Translations under genes and position numbers: made by a program
The notes under the pieces: generated by a model
What the model was told of the DNA's origin: nothing
Databases searched by the model: none
What the model saw: the letters and a program-made list of their open reading frames with translations, nothing else
Assembly: GCA_036336835.1 (NCBI GenBank)
Contig: JAYZFK010000078.1
Span: forward strand, 1-61,627
DNA from: Myxococcota bacterium
Lineage (GTDB): Bacteria; Myxococcota_A; UBA9160; UBA4427
Length of the DNA: 61,627 nt
Reading direction: 5' to 3'
In this document: one piece after another, positions 1 through 9,022 of the stretch
How positions within the stretch are numbered: the first letter of the stretch is position 1
Layout: each line of letters begins with the position of its first letter

Positions 1-351
1 GGCTGCATGACGGCATTCGCCGCCTTCCAGCCCGAGAATCTCGGGGGACCCACGATCGTTCTCTCCACCACGAGTGCGGACGGGACGCCCCGGGAGCGGG
101 TGTTGTCGCCCATCGATGACGACGGCCAGCTCTTTGTCGCCGCGAACCACTGGCCGCGCGCGTGGTATCACCGCGCGCTCGAGAATCTGAATGTCCGCGT
201 GACTCGCGATGGCGAAACCAGTGACTACCACGCCGTACCCGTCAGCGAACAGGAACGCGAACGCCTCCTCGACGAGTCCGGGTTCCCACTCGCCGCATAC
301 GTCTTCACCGGATTCGCACCGAGGCAGTTCCTACGGTTGGATCCGCACTAG
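1..351 (+). CDS. Split-barrel flavin/deazaflavin-binding protein (nitroreductase/DDN-like), probably 5'-partial
   Basis: Frame is open from the window start; 'RAWYHRALENLNVRVT' resembles the WyrNl.anP.v motif of DUF385/PNPOx-like proteins. Confidence 0.5.
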   Translation, partial: GCMTAFAAFQPENLGGPTIVLSTTSADGTPRERVLSPIDDDGQLFVAANHWPRAWYHRALENLNVRVTRDGETSDYHAVPVSEQERERLLDESGFPLAAYVFTGFAPRQFLRLDPH

Positions 352-471
352 GCCTTTGCGAGGGGGCCGGGCGATTCCGAACGGGAGACTGGTGTCGAGA
401 TTGCCTGGAGGCCAGGCGCCGAAAGTACACAGCTCGGTGCGCGATCTGCGACTGGGACGACACATCAAGGG

Positions 472-2301
472 ATGGAGATGAAGGACTCCGAGAACGATCC
501 CCAGGGACTCGAGCTGGACGCGGTCCGGAAGAAGTACCTGCGCGAGCGCGACAAGCGCCTCGTCGAGGGTAGAGCGGCCATCCGCGATCTCCGCGCGGAT
601 CGCCATTTCGCTGACTACCGGCGCGACCCATTCACGGAGTATGAAGAGCGCGATGCCGTGTCCGATGATGTCGATGTCGCAATCATCGGCGGTGGCATGG
701 CGGGGATCGTAGCCGGAGCGCAGCTCCGCAAGGCCGGTGTTCGTCGGATCAGGATCATCGATGAGGCCGGGGGGATCGGCGGGACCTGGTACTGGAACCG
801 ATACCCGGGTGTCATGTGCGACATCGAGTCCTACACCTACCTGCCGATGCTCGAGGATCGCGACTACATCCCGAGAAACCGCTACGCCTTCGGAGACGAG
901 ATCCTCGGTCATTTCGAAGCCCTTGCTGCCAAGTTCGATCTCGTAGCGGACGCGCTCTTCCACACGCGGGTCGACCGCAGCGAATGGGACGAGAGATCCC
1001 TGCGGTGGAGCATCCGTACCGATCACGGAGACGAGATCACGGCAAAGTACGTCGTCATGGCCGTCGGCATTCTCAACCTCATGAAGTTGCCTGTGATTCC
1101 AGGAATGGAGCTCTTCCGAGGGAGGGCCTTTCACACCGCAAGATGGGACTACGACTACACGGGCGGCAACCTGCACGGCGGGCTCCACAAACTCGCCGAC
1201 AAGGTGGTTGGCGTCGTCGGGACCGGTGCGAGCGCGATTCAGTGCATTCCCCATCTCGCGGAGGGCTCCAAGAAGCTGTTCGTCTTTCAGCGGACTCCGT
1301 CGGCCATCGGTGTGCGAGACAACCGACCTACGGAGGAAGACTTCGCCAAGGATCTACGCCCCGGATGGCAACGGGAGCGAATGGAGAACTTCCAGGCAAT
1401 CATCCTGGGCGTCCCGGTGGAGTCCGACCTGGTCGACGACGGCTGGACCCATCACTTTGGCCCCGTCCACACCTATCCCCGCGATCCCGCCTGGTCCAGC
1501 GAGGAGTACGGGCGCCGATTGGAAGAGTTCGACCTCGAGATCATGGAGGCGCATCGGCGAAGGGTCGAGGAGACTGTTGACGACGCCGCTACCGCCAACA
1601 CACTGAAGCCGTACTACCGATATATTTGCAGGCGGCCCTGCTTTCACGACGAGTATCTGCCTGCCTTCAACGCCGCGAACGTCGAGCTGATCGACTGTCC
1701 TGCTGGTATCGAGTGCGTGACCGAGAACGGTCTGGTCATCGGGGAGCGAGAGTTCGAGCTCGATTGCATCGTCTACGCGACGGGATTCGAGGCGGAGACG
1801 ACGCCGTTCTTCCGGCGCGCCGGCCACGAGATCGTCGGTCGGGGCGAGGTTCTGCTGGCCGAGAAGTGGAAGGACGGCCCGAGGACGCTTTTCGGGATGA
1901 TGAGTCGCAGCTTTCCCAACATGTTCATCATGCCTTCGCCGGGTCAGCAAGCCGTGGTCACCGTCAACCACGCCTTGATTACGGTCGAGGTCGCAGAGCA
2001 CGTCGCCGCGACCGTGGCCCGTCTGGAGGAGAAGGGCGTCGCGGCTTTCGACGTGAGCCAAGAGGCCGAGGCCGATTGGTGCGAGACGATCCTCTCTACC
2101 CACGTCGACAGCAGCCCGGTCATGTCGCTGTGCACTCCGTCGAGAATCAACAACGAAGGAAACCCCGGCGCCACGAGTCCTCTCGCTGGAAGCTATCGAG
2201 GCGGTTTCGGTGACTTCTTCGGGTTCAAGAAACTCCTGGCCGACTGGCGAGCGAGTGGAGAGCTCGCGGGTCTGGAGCTCCAATCTGGCGCCGGCTCCTG
2301 A
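472..2301 (+). CDS. Baeyer-Villiger-type flavin monooxygenase
   Basis: GGGMAG FAD motif, GGTWYWNRYPG, FRGRAFHTARWDY fingerprint, GTGASA NADPH motif, ATGF. Confidence 0.92.
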   Translation: MEMKDSENDPQGLELDAVRKKYLRERDKRLVEGRAAIRDLRADRHFADYRRDPFTEYEERDAVSDDVDVAIIGGGMAGIVAGAQLRKAGVRRIRIIDEAGGIGGTWYWNRYPGVMCDIESYTYLPMLEDRDYIPRNRYAFGDEILGHFEALAAKFDLVADALFHTRVDRSEWDERSLRWSIRTDHGDEITAKYVVMAVGILNLMKLPVIPGMELFRGRAFHTARWDYDYTGGNLHGGLHKLADKVVGVVGTGASAIQCIPHLAEGSKKLFVFQRTPSAIGVRDNRPTEEDFAKDLRPGWQRERMENFQAIILGVPVESDLVDDGWTHHFGPVHTYPRDPAWSSEEYGRRLEEFDLEIMEAHRRRVEETVDDAATANTLKPYYRYICRRPCFHDEYLPAFNAANVELIDCPAGIECVTENGLVIGEREFELDCIVYATGFEAETTPFFRRAGHEIVGRGEVLLAEKWKDGPRTLFGMMSRSFPNMFIMPSPGQQAVVTVNHALITVEVAEHVAATVARLEEKGVAAFDVSQEAEADWCETILSTHVDSSPVMSLCTPSRINNEGNPGATSPLAGSYRGGFGDFFGFKKLLADWRASGELAGLELQSGAGS

Positions 2302-2613
2302 CGGGTTTGCCCGAGAGGCTCTCACCACCAGCATGGAGTCCCCGGCCACGGAGACAGCGCGCTCCGCGCCGAAGATCCCGCCGACGTCGTTAGGAGAGAT
2401 TTCCCTGTACCAGACTCAGAGAAATCGCGGGGCAGGCCCCCGGAGTGCGAGTCGAATCAGCGAATCGGGCACGCGGCGGGGCCCGGCTTCGCCCGATTTC
2501 CCCAGGCTACCAGGGATTTCGTCCCTCGAGATGGGTTCGCACCCGACTGCCCCCACTGCCAACTTGACGCAGCCGGCGCTGCGCTAGACTGCGCGGCCCG
2601 AATCGAGTAGAGA

Positions 2614-2690
2614 GCGCCCGTAGCTCAGATGGATAGAGCACCAGCTTGCGGAGCTGGGGGCCGCAGGTTCGAGTCCTGCCGGGCGCGCCA
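2614..2690 (+). tRNA. tRNA-Arg (anticodon GCG)
   Basis: Acceptor stem GCGCCCG/CGGGCGC; D-arm with A20; anticodon stem CCAGC/GCTGG with loop TTGCGGA (GCG at 2648-2650); T-arm GCAGG-TTCGAGT-CCTGC; encoded CCA. Confidence 0.96.
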
Positions 2691-2909
2691 CAAGATCGAG
2701 CAGCAATTCGCTCGCGCCCGTCCTGGGCCCTCCTCGTGGTCCCGGCTCCGGGTTCCCGGTCTCGACACGGAGCTGCGCGTCTGGGGCGGACGCGTCGACT
2801 TCGTCGTTTCCCGTTTCCGTCTGGAGCACGTGCGCCGCGGCCCGGTCGGAGGGCGCGGCCGAAGCTAGGCGCGCAGACCCGACCGGGGCATCGCAGAACG
2901 CGCGTGCGT

Positions 2910-4559
2910 TCAGGGGTCGCCAGGGTTGCGCCGGTAGATTCGCACGGCGTGGTTCCAGGCCCAGCCGGGGGGCGCGCTCCATCTTCCGAACTCGGCGACC
3001 TCGCGGAAGTGCCGCTTCAGGTACTCGTGGAGGATCACGCCGTAGCTCTGTCCGAAGTCGCCCAGCCCCGGCTCGTCCGACTTCTCACGGTTCGAGACCA
3101 GGATGGTGTCGACCCCCCGCTCCTCGAGCCGCGCGATGATGTCGCGCTCCTGGCGCTCGCTGATGTTGAGAAAGTCGAAGAAGATGTACTCGCGAGCTGG
3201 GGCGGCCCGCTCGGTCAGGAAGTAGTAGAGCGGGTCGTAGGGGAGTGCGAAGAAGGTCTCGTCTGGAGCCAGCTCCGCCTCGAGATGCCTGGTGACCTGT
3301 TCGACGGTCTTCACCCAGCTGGTCCGATTGGATACGAAGAGATCTGCGGCCGGTAGCGACAGGTGCTGATCCGGCCGCGCCTTCAGCTGGCTCGCGAACC
3401 GATAGACGCCCGCGGTGTCCACCGCGATGGCCGCAAAGAGCGCAAGCCAGACCGTTGCCTTCACTGCGATGGGCAGTGGGTGGAGCGCCAGGTGGATCAG
3501 GTAGAAGGCGAGTACGATCAGCAGCGGCGTCCCCCAGGAGAGGCGGTGGAGGACACCACTCAAGAAGAACTCGTGAAGACTGAACGAGCTGAACACGAGC
3601 AGCAGGCTCAGCACCAGCACGCGATTTCGCCTCGCCTCCCCGGCCTTGCTCTGTCGGATGAACGACACAGCCAGCAGCAGCAGGCTGCCCGCCAGGATCG
3701 CTCCGAATGTCCGGTTGGGCCCCGGAGTCAGCAGCGTCGAGGCCCCGGGCATGAACGCGCGGGGATCGGTGAAGCGGGAACTCAGGTAGTCGAACGTCCT
3801 CTGGACGGTATCGATGAGGTTCCCGGAGGCCGGAGGATCGTAACCCGGAGAGAATGGAAAGCACTGGAGGAGATAGTCGCGGGGCAGCCCGAAGACGAGC
3901 GAGACGTAGACCAGGAGCGCCGCAGCGGGAGCCGCCGTGGCAAGCAGGAGGTAGCGGGGATTCGGCGGGTAGAGCGACACACCGCGTGACCGATCGATTA
4001 TGGCTAGTGAGACCAGGCAAGCAGCGAGGGTCGCGGCACCCGCGTTGGCCTTGACCAGGATCGCGGCGAAGACGACCGGGAACAGGTACAGAACCCAGCG
4101 TCTATCGGGCCGCTGCAGGTGGGCGATCACCAGGTAGCAGGCCAGCAGGTTCGCGAGGACGGCGCCGGCGTGGTTCCACGTGTAATAGAACTCTGGGCTC
4201 GACGTCCAGAACCAGAGAGCGCCCAGGAACGCCAGCACCGGGGAGGTCAGCCGGCGGAGGATCAGATAGATGCAGATCCCGCTGGCCAGCCGGAGCACGG
4301 TCGCCCCGATCAGTACGCTCTTGATCCCGCCGCCGAAGAGCTCGAGAAACAGCGCGAAGTAGTAGGGCATCAATGGCCCGAAGTTCCAGTAGTAGTCCCG
4401 GTAGGGGATGCCTCCTCTCTGCGTGAGCCAGTAGCCGTAGAGATCGCGCCCGGAATCCCCGGTCGCCAGAAGCGGGTGGAGGTCGCGCATCGGCAGCGCG
4501 ATGACGATTCCGCCGAGTATCGACAGCAGCAGGAAGAGGCCGGGCATCCGCCGAGTCAT
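2910..4559 (-). CDS. GT-C fold membrane glycosyltransferase (ArnT/PMT-like)
   Basis: Many TM segments; first-loop acidic motif GDSGRDLY followed by G.IPYRDYYWNFGPL; soluble C-terminal domain. Confidence 0.75.
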   Translation of the reverse strand: MTRRMPGLFLLLSILGGIVIALPMRDLHPLLATGDSGRDLYGYWLTQRGGIPYRDYYWNFGPLMPYYFALFLELFGGGIKSVLIGATVLRLASGICIYLILRRLTSPVLAFLGALWFWTSSPEFYYTWNHAGAVLANLLACYLVIAHLQRPDRRWVLYLFPVVFAAILVKANAGAATLAACLVSLAIIDRSRGVSLYPPNPRYLLLATAAPAAALLVYVSLVFGLPRDYLLQCFPFSPGYDPPASGNLIDTVQRTFDYLSSRFTDPRAFMPGASTLLTPGPNRTFGAILAGSLLLLAVSFIRQSKAGEARRNRVLVLSLLLVFSSFSLHEFFLSGVLHRLSWGTPLLIVLAFYLIHLALHPLPIAVKATVWLALFAAIAVDTAGVYRFASQLKARPDQHLSLPAADLFVSNRTSWVKTVEQVTRHLEAELAPDETFFALPYDPLYYFLTERAAPAREYIFFDFLNISERQERDIIARLEERGVDTILVSNREKSDEPGLGDFGQSYGVILHEYLKRHFREVAEFGRWSAPPGWAWNHAVRIYRRNPGDP

Positions 4560-4619
4560 GATCGGTGACTCCTGCGAGCCGGGCCCAGTCGCCTCGACGC
4601 CTCGCGTCGAGGGGAGGCC

Positions 4620-4811
4620 TCAGTCCGCCAGCTGGAAGGTCGCCAGGCTCTCGAAGACGATCTCGTGACCGTCCTTCGGGTCGAGATCGATGACCGCGTT
4701 GAAGCGGTGAAGCATGTTGTAGAAGCCGACGAAGAACGAGAGCTCTACGATCGCTCCCTCGCTGAACACCTCGCGGATCTCGGCCAGGTCGCCGCCGGCG
4801 ATGTGCGTCAT
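4620..4811 (-). pseudogene. C-terminal fragment of an AhpD/carboxymuconolactone decarboxylase-like protein
   Basis: 'EIREVFSEGAIVELSFFVGFYNMLHRFNAV' matches the CMD-like C-terminal helices; no N-terminal CxxC half is recognisable upstream. Confidence 0.5.
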
Positions 4812-4963
4812 GTTGGCCGATTGTAGAGGGCGTGTGGCGGGCCGGCGAGCAGCCGGCGCAGGCGTACACGGTTCGGCACCGCAGCGAGTCGCGATGACCC
4901 ATTTCGGGAAGGCACCGGTCTGCTCGATCGGGTAGCCTCGGCGCCGTTCCAGGGAGATCGGCC

Positions 4964-5317
4964 ATGTCGAAGCTACTCGTCTACCACAACCCGGGCTGAG
5001 GCCAGTCGCGCGGTGCGTTGGAGATCCTGCGCGAGCGCGACGTCGAGTTCGACGTCATCGAATACCTGCAGCAGCCCCTGACCCGCACGGATCTGGAGCG
5101 TTTCCTCGACCTTCTGCCCAACGAGCCCGCGGAGCTGGTTCGCAAGGACAAGAACTTCAAGGCGCTCGGGTTGGACCCGGACGACTACACGACGCGCGAG
5201 GCCGTGGTCGAGGTGCTGCTCGAGCATCCGAAGCTGATGCAGCGGCCGGTGGTGATTCGCGGCGACCGGGCGGTGATCGCCCGGCCCTCGGAGAAGCTGC
5301 TCGAGCTGATGGACTGA
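4964..5317 (+). CDS. arsC: Arsenate reductase, glutaredoxin-type ArsC family; selenocysteine at codon 12 (TGA 4997-4999)
   Basis: GGGAG RBS then MSKLLVYHNPG-U-GQSRGALEILRE, matching the ArsC YHNPxCxxSR motif; in frame with ORF 5018-5317; LVRK, QRPVV and ARP arginines conserved. Confidence 0.88.
5005..5041 (+). promoter_or_regulatory. Putative SECIS hairpin of arsC
   Basis: GTCGCGC (5005-5011) pairs with GCGCGAC (5035-5041); inner GTGCG/TGCGC stem, bulged TT and a small apical loop, directly 3' of the UGA. Confidence 0.55.
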
Positions 5318-5361
5318 CCTTTCCGTCCGACCGCCGGGTCGGCGTCGGGCGACTCACTCGA

Positions 5362-5775
5362 TCAGCTCTTTTGCAGGAACTCCATCATCTGCGGCGCGAT
5401 GATGTCTCGCAGCGCCGACAGGGCGTTCATCGGGCGGATCATCACGTCCAGATTCTGGACCTCGCCGCGCTCGTTGAGCGTAATCAGATCGATGCCCTGC
5501 AGGTCGAGCTCGCCGATATGGCCTCGGAACTCGAGTGCGAGTTCGCCCTCGCTCCGCGAGTCGTCGTGCCACTCGCGGTGGTAGCTGAAGTCCTCGATCG
5601 TCTGGATGATCAGCCCGAGCAGGTGATGGACGAGCGGCCGCCCCTGCAGCTTTTGCCAGTACGGTGGCGCCCCTAGCGAGACGTCCTCGGCCAGCAGCTT
5701 CTCGAGCGCGATCATGTCGCGCTCCCTCACCAGCGTGTGCCAGTCGGCAAGGAAGCCATCGGTTCGGGAATCCAT
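5362..5775 (-). CDS. SnoaL/NTF2-like protein
   Basis: 'LEKLLAEDV', 'LALEFRGHIG..LQGIDLI.LNERGEV..LDVMIRPM'; GAGGAG RBS before ATG 5775. Confidence 0.8.
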   Translation of the reverse strand: MDSRTDGFLADWHTLVRERDMIALEKLLAEDVSLGAPPYWQKLQGRPLVHHLLGLIIQTIEDFSYHREWHDDSRSEGELALEFRGHIGELDLQGIDLITLNERGEVQNLDVMIRPMNALSALRDIIAPQMMEFLQKS

Positions 5776-5966
5776 GGGCCACTCCTCGGCGAGCAGCCTA
5801 CTCCGGCAGCGAGATCTGATCCAGCGCTTGCGATCGGGCCGGCGGATTGGCGGGGCAATCGGCACTTCCGTTCCCGGTAGGTTCCAACGACCCTGTTCGC
5901 TCGGAAGCAGCTGAGGAAGTAGGCCCCGGCGCCGGGTCTCCAAGCCTCTGTCGAGGAGGAAGCACC

Positions 5967-6203
5967 GTGGCCGACGAGCTGATCGCCTTCTGTCGCGAGC
6001 GGCTTGCCAGCTACAAGTGTCCGCGCAACGTGCGTTTCGTGACGGCGCTACCGCGCGACCCGAACGGCAAGCTGTACAAGCGCCGGCTGCGCGAGCCCTA
6101 CTGGGAAGGCCGCGAGCTGCGCGGCTGGCTCGAGGAGAACCTCGATGAGTTGGCGCGCATGGTGGTGGACTCTACGGCAACGGAATCTCGCTGCGCGCCT
6201 TGA
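5967..6203 (+). pseudogene. Isolated C-terminal domain of an acyl-CoA synthetase (AMP-binding_C)
   Basis: 'ELIAFCRERLASYKCPRNVRFVTALPRDPNGKLYKRRLREPYW'; no large N-terminal domain; GAGGAGG precedes GTG 5967. Confidence 0.6.
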
Positions 6204-6702
6204 AGGTGCCGTCGTCCATGGTGACGACGCCAAAGCCCTCGCGAGCGCTCAGAGGACGCCCCTCGGCGTCCAGGATCTCGGCACCTAGCATCGCCATCGT
6301 CGTGTGGAGCCCTCGGTACATGCCGTAGGCGTGGATGATCTGACCGATCTCGCCTGCGTCGAAGTGTCCTGCCAGCGTATCGATCGCTCGCTCGGCGGAT
6401 TCGGCCTTCATCAGCGGCAGCGCCCGGAGCAGGGCCAGCTCCCGCTCGCTGAAGCCGGCGCCCTCCGGGTCGTGGACCCGTGCCGCCAGCTCGTCCGTCA
6501 GTCCTTGACGAAGCCCCGCTTCGTCTCGCGAGACGGTTCAAGTGTGGCACTGGTGCTCGAAGGCCGAGAAGAGTCGAACCAGCTCTCGCAGTCGCTCGCC
6601 GGGGGTCCAGGCGCCGCGGAGCGAGGCATTGGCCGTGATGAACATCCCGAGGATCGGCTCGGGGATCCGGGTCATGTCGATGCGGAAGCCGCCTGGGTTC
6701 AT
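6172..6702 (-). CDS. AhpD/CMD-like protein; selenocysteine at codon 55 (CHTU; TGA at 6540-6538)
   Basis: AAGGGAGG RBS, ATG 6702, MNPGGFRIDM...LRELVRLFSAFEHQCHT-U-TVSRDEAGLRQGLTDE..., continuing in frame into ORF 6172-6411. Confidence 0.8.
6507..6525 (-). promoter_or_regulatory. Putative SECIS hairpin
   Basis: Perfect 8-bp stem GACGAAGC-GGG-GCTTCGTC beginning at the 13th nt after the UGA. Confidence 0.6.
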
Positions 6703-6809
6703 CTGGACCTCCCTTGCGACGCCCTCGAGGCTGCCGTCTCGGTCATAATGGATCTCCCCGCGGAACGGGTCCGGGCTTGCATGGTAACCCCGGCCGAGGA
6801 GGGCGGACG

Positions 6810-7586
6810 ATGGCGCGACGCTTCGAGGGCAAGGTAGTCCTGGTGACCGGGGGTGGCTCCGGCATGGGTGAAGCGACCGCCCTGCGGATGGCCGAGGAGG
6901 GAGCGATCGTCTCGCTGATCGACGTCGATGCGGCGGGAGGCGAGCGCGTGGTCGACGCGATCGGGCAGGCGGGCGGCGAGGCCTCCTTCACCCAGGCCGA
7001 CATCTCGACTGCCGAGGGCGCGCGCCTGGCGGTGAGCACCACGGTGGAGCGCCACGGCGGCCTCGACGTCCTGGTGAACAACGCGGGAGTTGCCACGGCT
7101 CAAATCGACGACAGCTGGGACACCGACGAAGCGGAGTGGGATCGCGTGCTCGGCGTCAACCTGAAGGGTGTCTATCTGTGCACGAAGTTCGCCGTTCCCG
7201 AGCTGCTGAAGCGCGGCGGTGGAGCGATCGTCGTCACGGCGTCGATCGCCAGCGAGGTGGTCTGCGCCGCGGCTCCCTACACCGCGTCGAAGGGCGGCGT
7301 GGCGCTCTACGCGAAGACCATCGCCGTGGAGCTGGCCCGGCAGAACATCCGTGTCAATGCTGTCGGGCCCGGCTACATGATCACGCCGATGACGACCGGC
7401 GAACGCGACGGCTTGTCGCCCGCGGAGCAGAAGGAGCGACTCGACGCGATGGCGGCGAAGATTCCCGCGGGCCGCTGCGGGGACCCGGTCGAGGTGGCGG
7501 ACGCCATCCTGTTCCTCGCATCGAACGAGGCTTCGTACATTACGGGACAGTTGCTCTGCGTCGATGGTGGCTACACGGCGGTCTGA
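6810..7586 (+). CDS. Short-chain dehydrogenase/reductase
   Basis: TGGGSGMG, NNAG, YTASK, IRVNAVGPG, ITGQLLCVDGG. Confidence 0.92.
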   Translation: MARRFEGKVVLVTGGGSGMGEATALRMAEEGAIVSLIDVDAAGGERVVDAIGQAGGEASFTQADISTAEGARLAVSTTVERHGGLDVLVNNAGVATAQIDDSWDTDEAEWDRVLGVNLKGVYLCTKFAVPELLKRGGGAIVVTASIASEVVCAAAPYTASKGGVALYAKTIAVELARQNIRVNAVGPGYMITPMTTGERDGLSPAEQKERLDAMAAKIPAGRCGDPVEVADAILFLASNEASYITGQLLCVDGGYTAV

Positions 7587-7620
7587 CCCGATCGATCGCG
7601 CTACTGCAAGGAGGGCCGGT

Positions 7621-8883
7621 ATGCAGCTCGACGACATGATTCTGATCAGTGTGGACGACCACATCATCGAGCCGGCCGATGTGTTCGAGAATCACGTTCC
7701 CAAGAAGTGGGCGGCGCGGGCGCCTCGGCTCGTCGCCGACGCGAGCCGTCAGCAGCAGTCGTGGTCGTGGGAGGGCGGCAGCACCGCGACGCCCTTCATC
7801 TGTGCGGTCGTGACGTTGCCGTCCGAAGAATGGGGCTACGATCCGACATCGCTCGCAGAGATGCGACCCGGCTGCTGGAACGTCGACGAGCGTGTGCGCG
7901 ACATGGATGCCAACGGCGTTGTGGCCTCGATGTGCTTCGGGTCGTTTCCCGGCATGGCCGGCAGCTTCTTCGCCGAGTGCGAAGACCGCGAGCTCGCCCT
8001 TGTTTGCCTGCAGGCCTACAACGACTGGCACATCGACGAGTGGTGCGGCGCGCACCCGGGACGCTTCATTCCCCTGCCCATCGCGCCGCTGTGGGATCCC
8101 GAGGTTGCGGCGCAGGAGGTGCGGCGCGTGGCGCGCAAGGGGGCGACCGCGATTTCGTTCTCCGAGGCGCCGCACAGCTTCGGTTATCCGAGCATCCACT
8201 CGGGTGGCTGGGATCCCATGTTCGAGGCGTGCGTCGAGGAAGACGTGGTGATCGCGATCCACATCGCATCGAGCAACATGCAGAGGGACCACAGCACGGT
8301 CCCGATCGAGGTTGCGAGCACGTTGCCGTGCTGGAACGCGCTCGAATGCGCCGCGAACTTCATGTGGTGCAAGTCGCTGCTGAAGTACCCGACGCTCAAG
8401 ATCGCCTTGTCCGAGGGAGGCACTTCGTGGATCCCGGGCTTCCTCGACCGCATGGAGCGACAGTTCGACAAGCAGACCTGGATGAAGTCGGATCTCGGCG
8501 GCCTCACGCCGACCGAGATGTTCCGCCGGCACTTCCTCGCCTGCTTCATCTCCGATCCGTCGGGTCTGCTGATGCGTGATCGCGTCGGCATCGACAACAT
8601 CGCCTACGAAGTCGACTACCCGCACTCGGACTGCACCTTTCCCGGCTCGCCCGAAGAGCTGTGGGAGTGCATCGTGGAATCGCGGTGCAGCGACGAGGAG
8701 ATCGCAAAGATCACGCACGAGAACGCGAGTCGCTGGCTGCGCTTCGATCCTTTCCGCCACACGAGTCGCGAGGAAGCCACCGTGGGCGCGCTCCGGGCGC
8801 GCGCGAGTGGTGTCGACGTGCGGACGCGGAGCAAGGCGGAGTATCGCGAGCACTACGCCAAGACCTACGGCGCGATCGCCTGA
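7621..8883 (+). CDS. Amidohydrolase_2 family protein
   Basis: ISVDDHIIEP, AYNDW, SEGG..WIP, DYPHSD; AGGAGG RBS. Confidence 0.9.
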   Translation: MQLDDMILISVDDHIIEPADVFENHVPKKWAARAPRLVADASRQQQSWSWEGGSTATPFICAVVTLPSEEWGYDPTSLAEMRPGCWNVDERVRDMDANGVVASMCFGSFPGMAGSFFAECEDRELALVCLQAYNDWHIDEWCGAHPGRFIPLPIAPLWDPEVAAQEVRRVARKGATAISFSEAPHSFGYPSIHSGGWDPMFEACVEEDVVIAIHIASSNMQRDHSTVPIEVASTLPCWNALECAANFMWCKSLLKYPTLKIALSEGGTSWIPGFLDRMERQFDKQTWMKSDLGGLTPTEMFRRHFLACFISDPSGLLMRDRVGIDNIAYEVDYPHSDCTFPGSPEELWECIVESRCSDEEIAKITHENASRWLRFDPFRHTSREEATVGALRARASGVDVRTRSKAEYREHYAKTYGAIA

Positions 8884-9022
8884 GGGGCAGCGCAGGGATC
8901 GTCCCGTCTGCCCTCGATCTCCCCGGACAGCCGTCTGATCCGGCGCCGCGGGTCCAGTCTATCCGGCGGGACCGCTTCCCGGCGGGTGCCCCTCGTGCGT
9001 TGTAGGCTCACCGCCTGTTCTC

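Noticed and set aside
2564..2590. TTGACG...TAGACT promoter for the tRNA
   Set aside because: The spacer is only 15 bp; plausible but not supportable
2691..2909. tRNA as an integration site for an island
   Set aside because: No integrase and no convincing duplicate of the tRNA 3' end in the window
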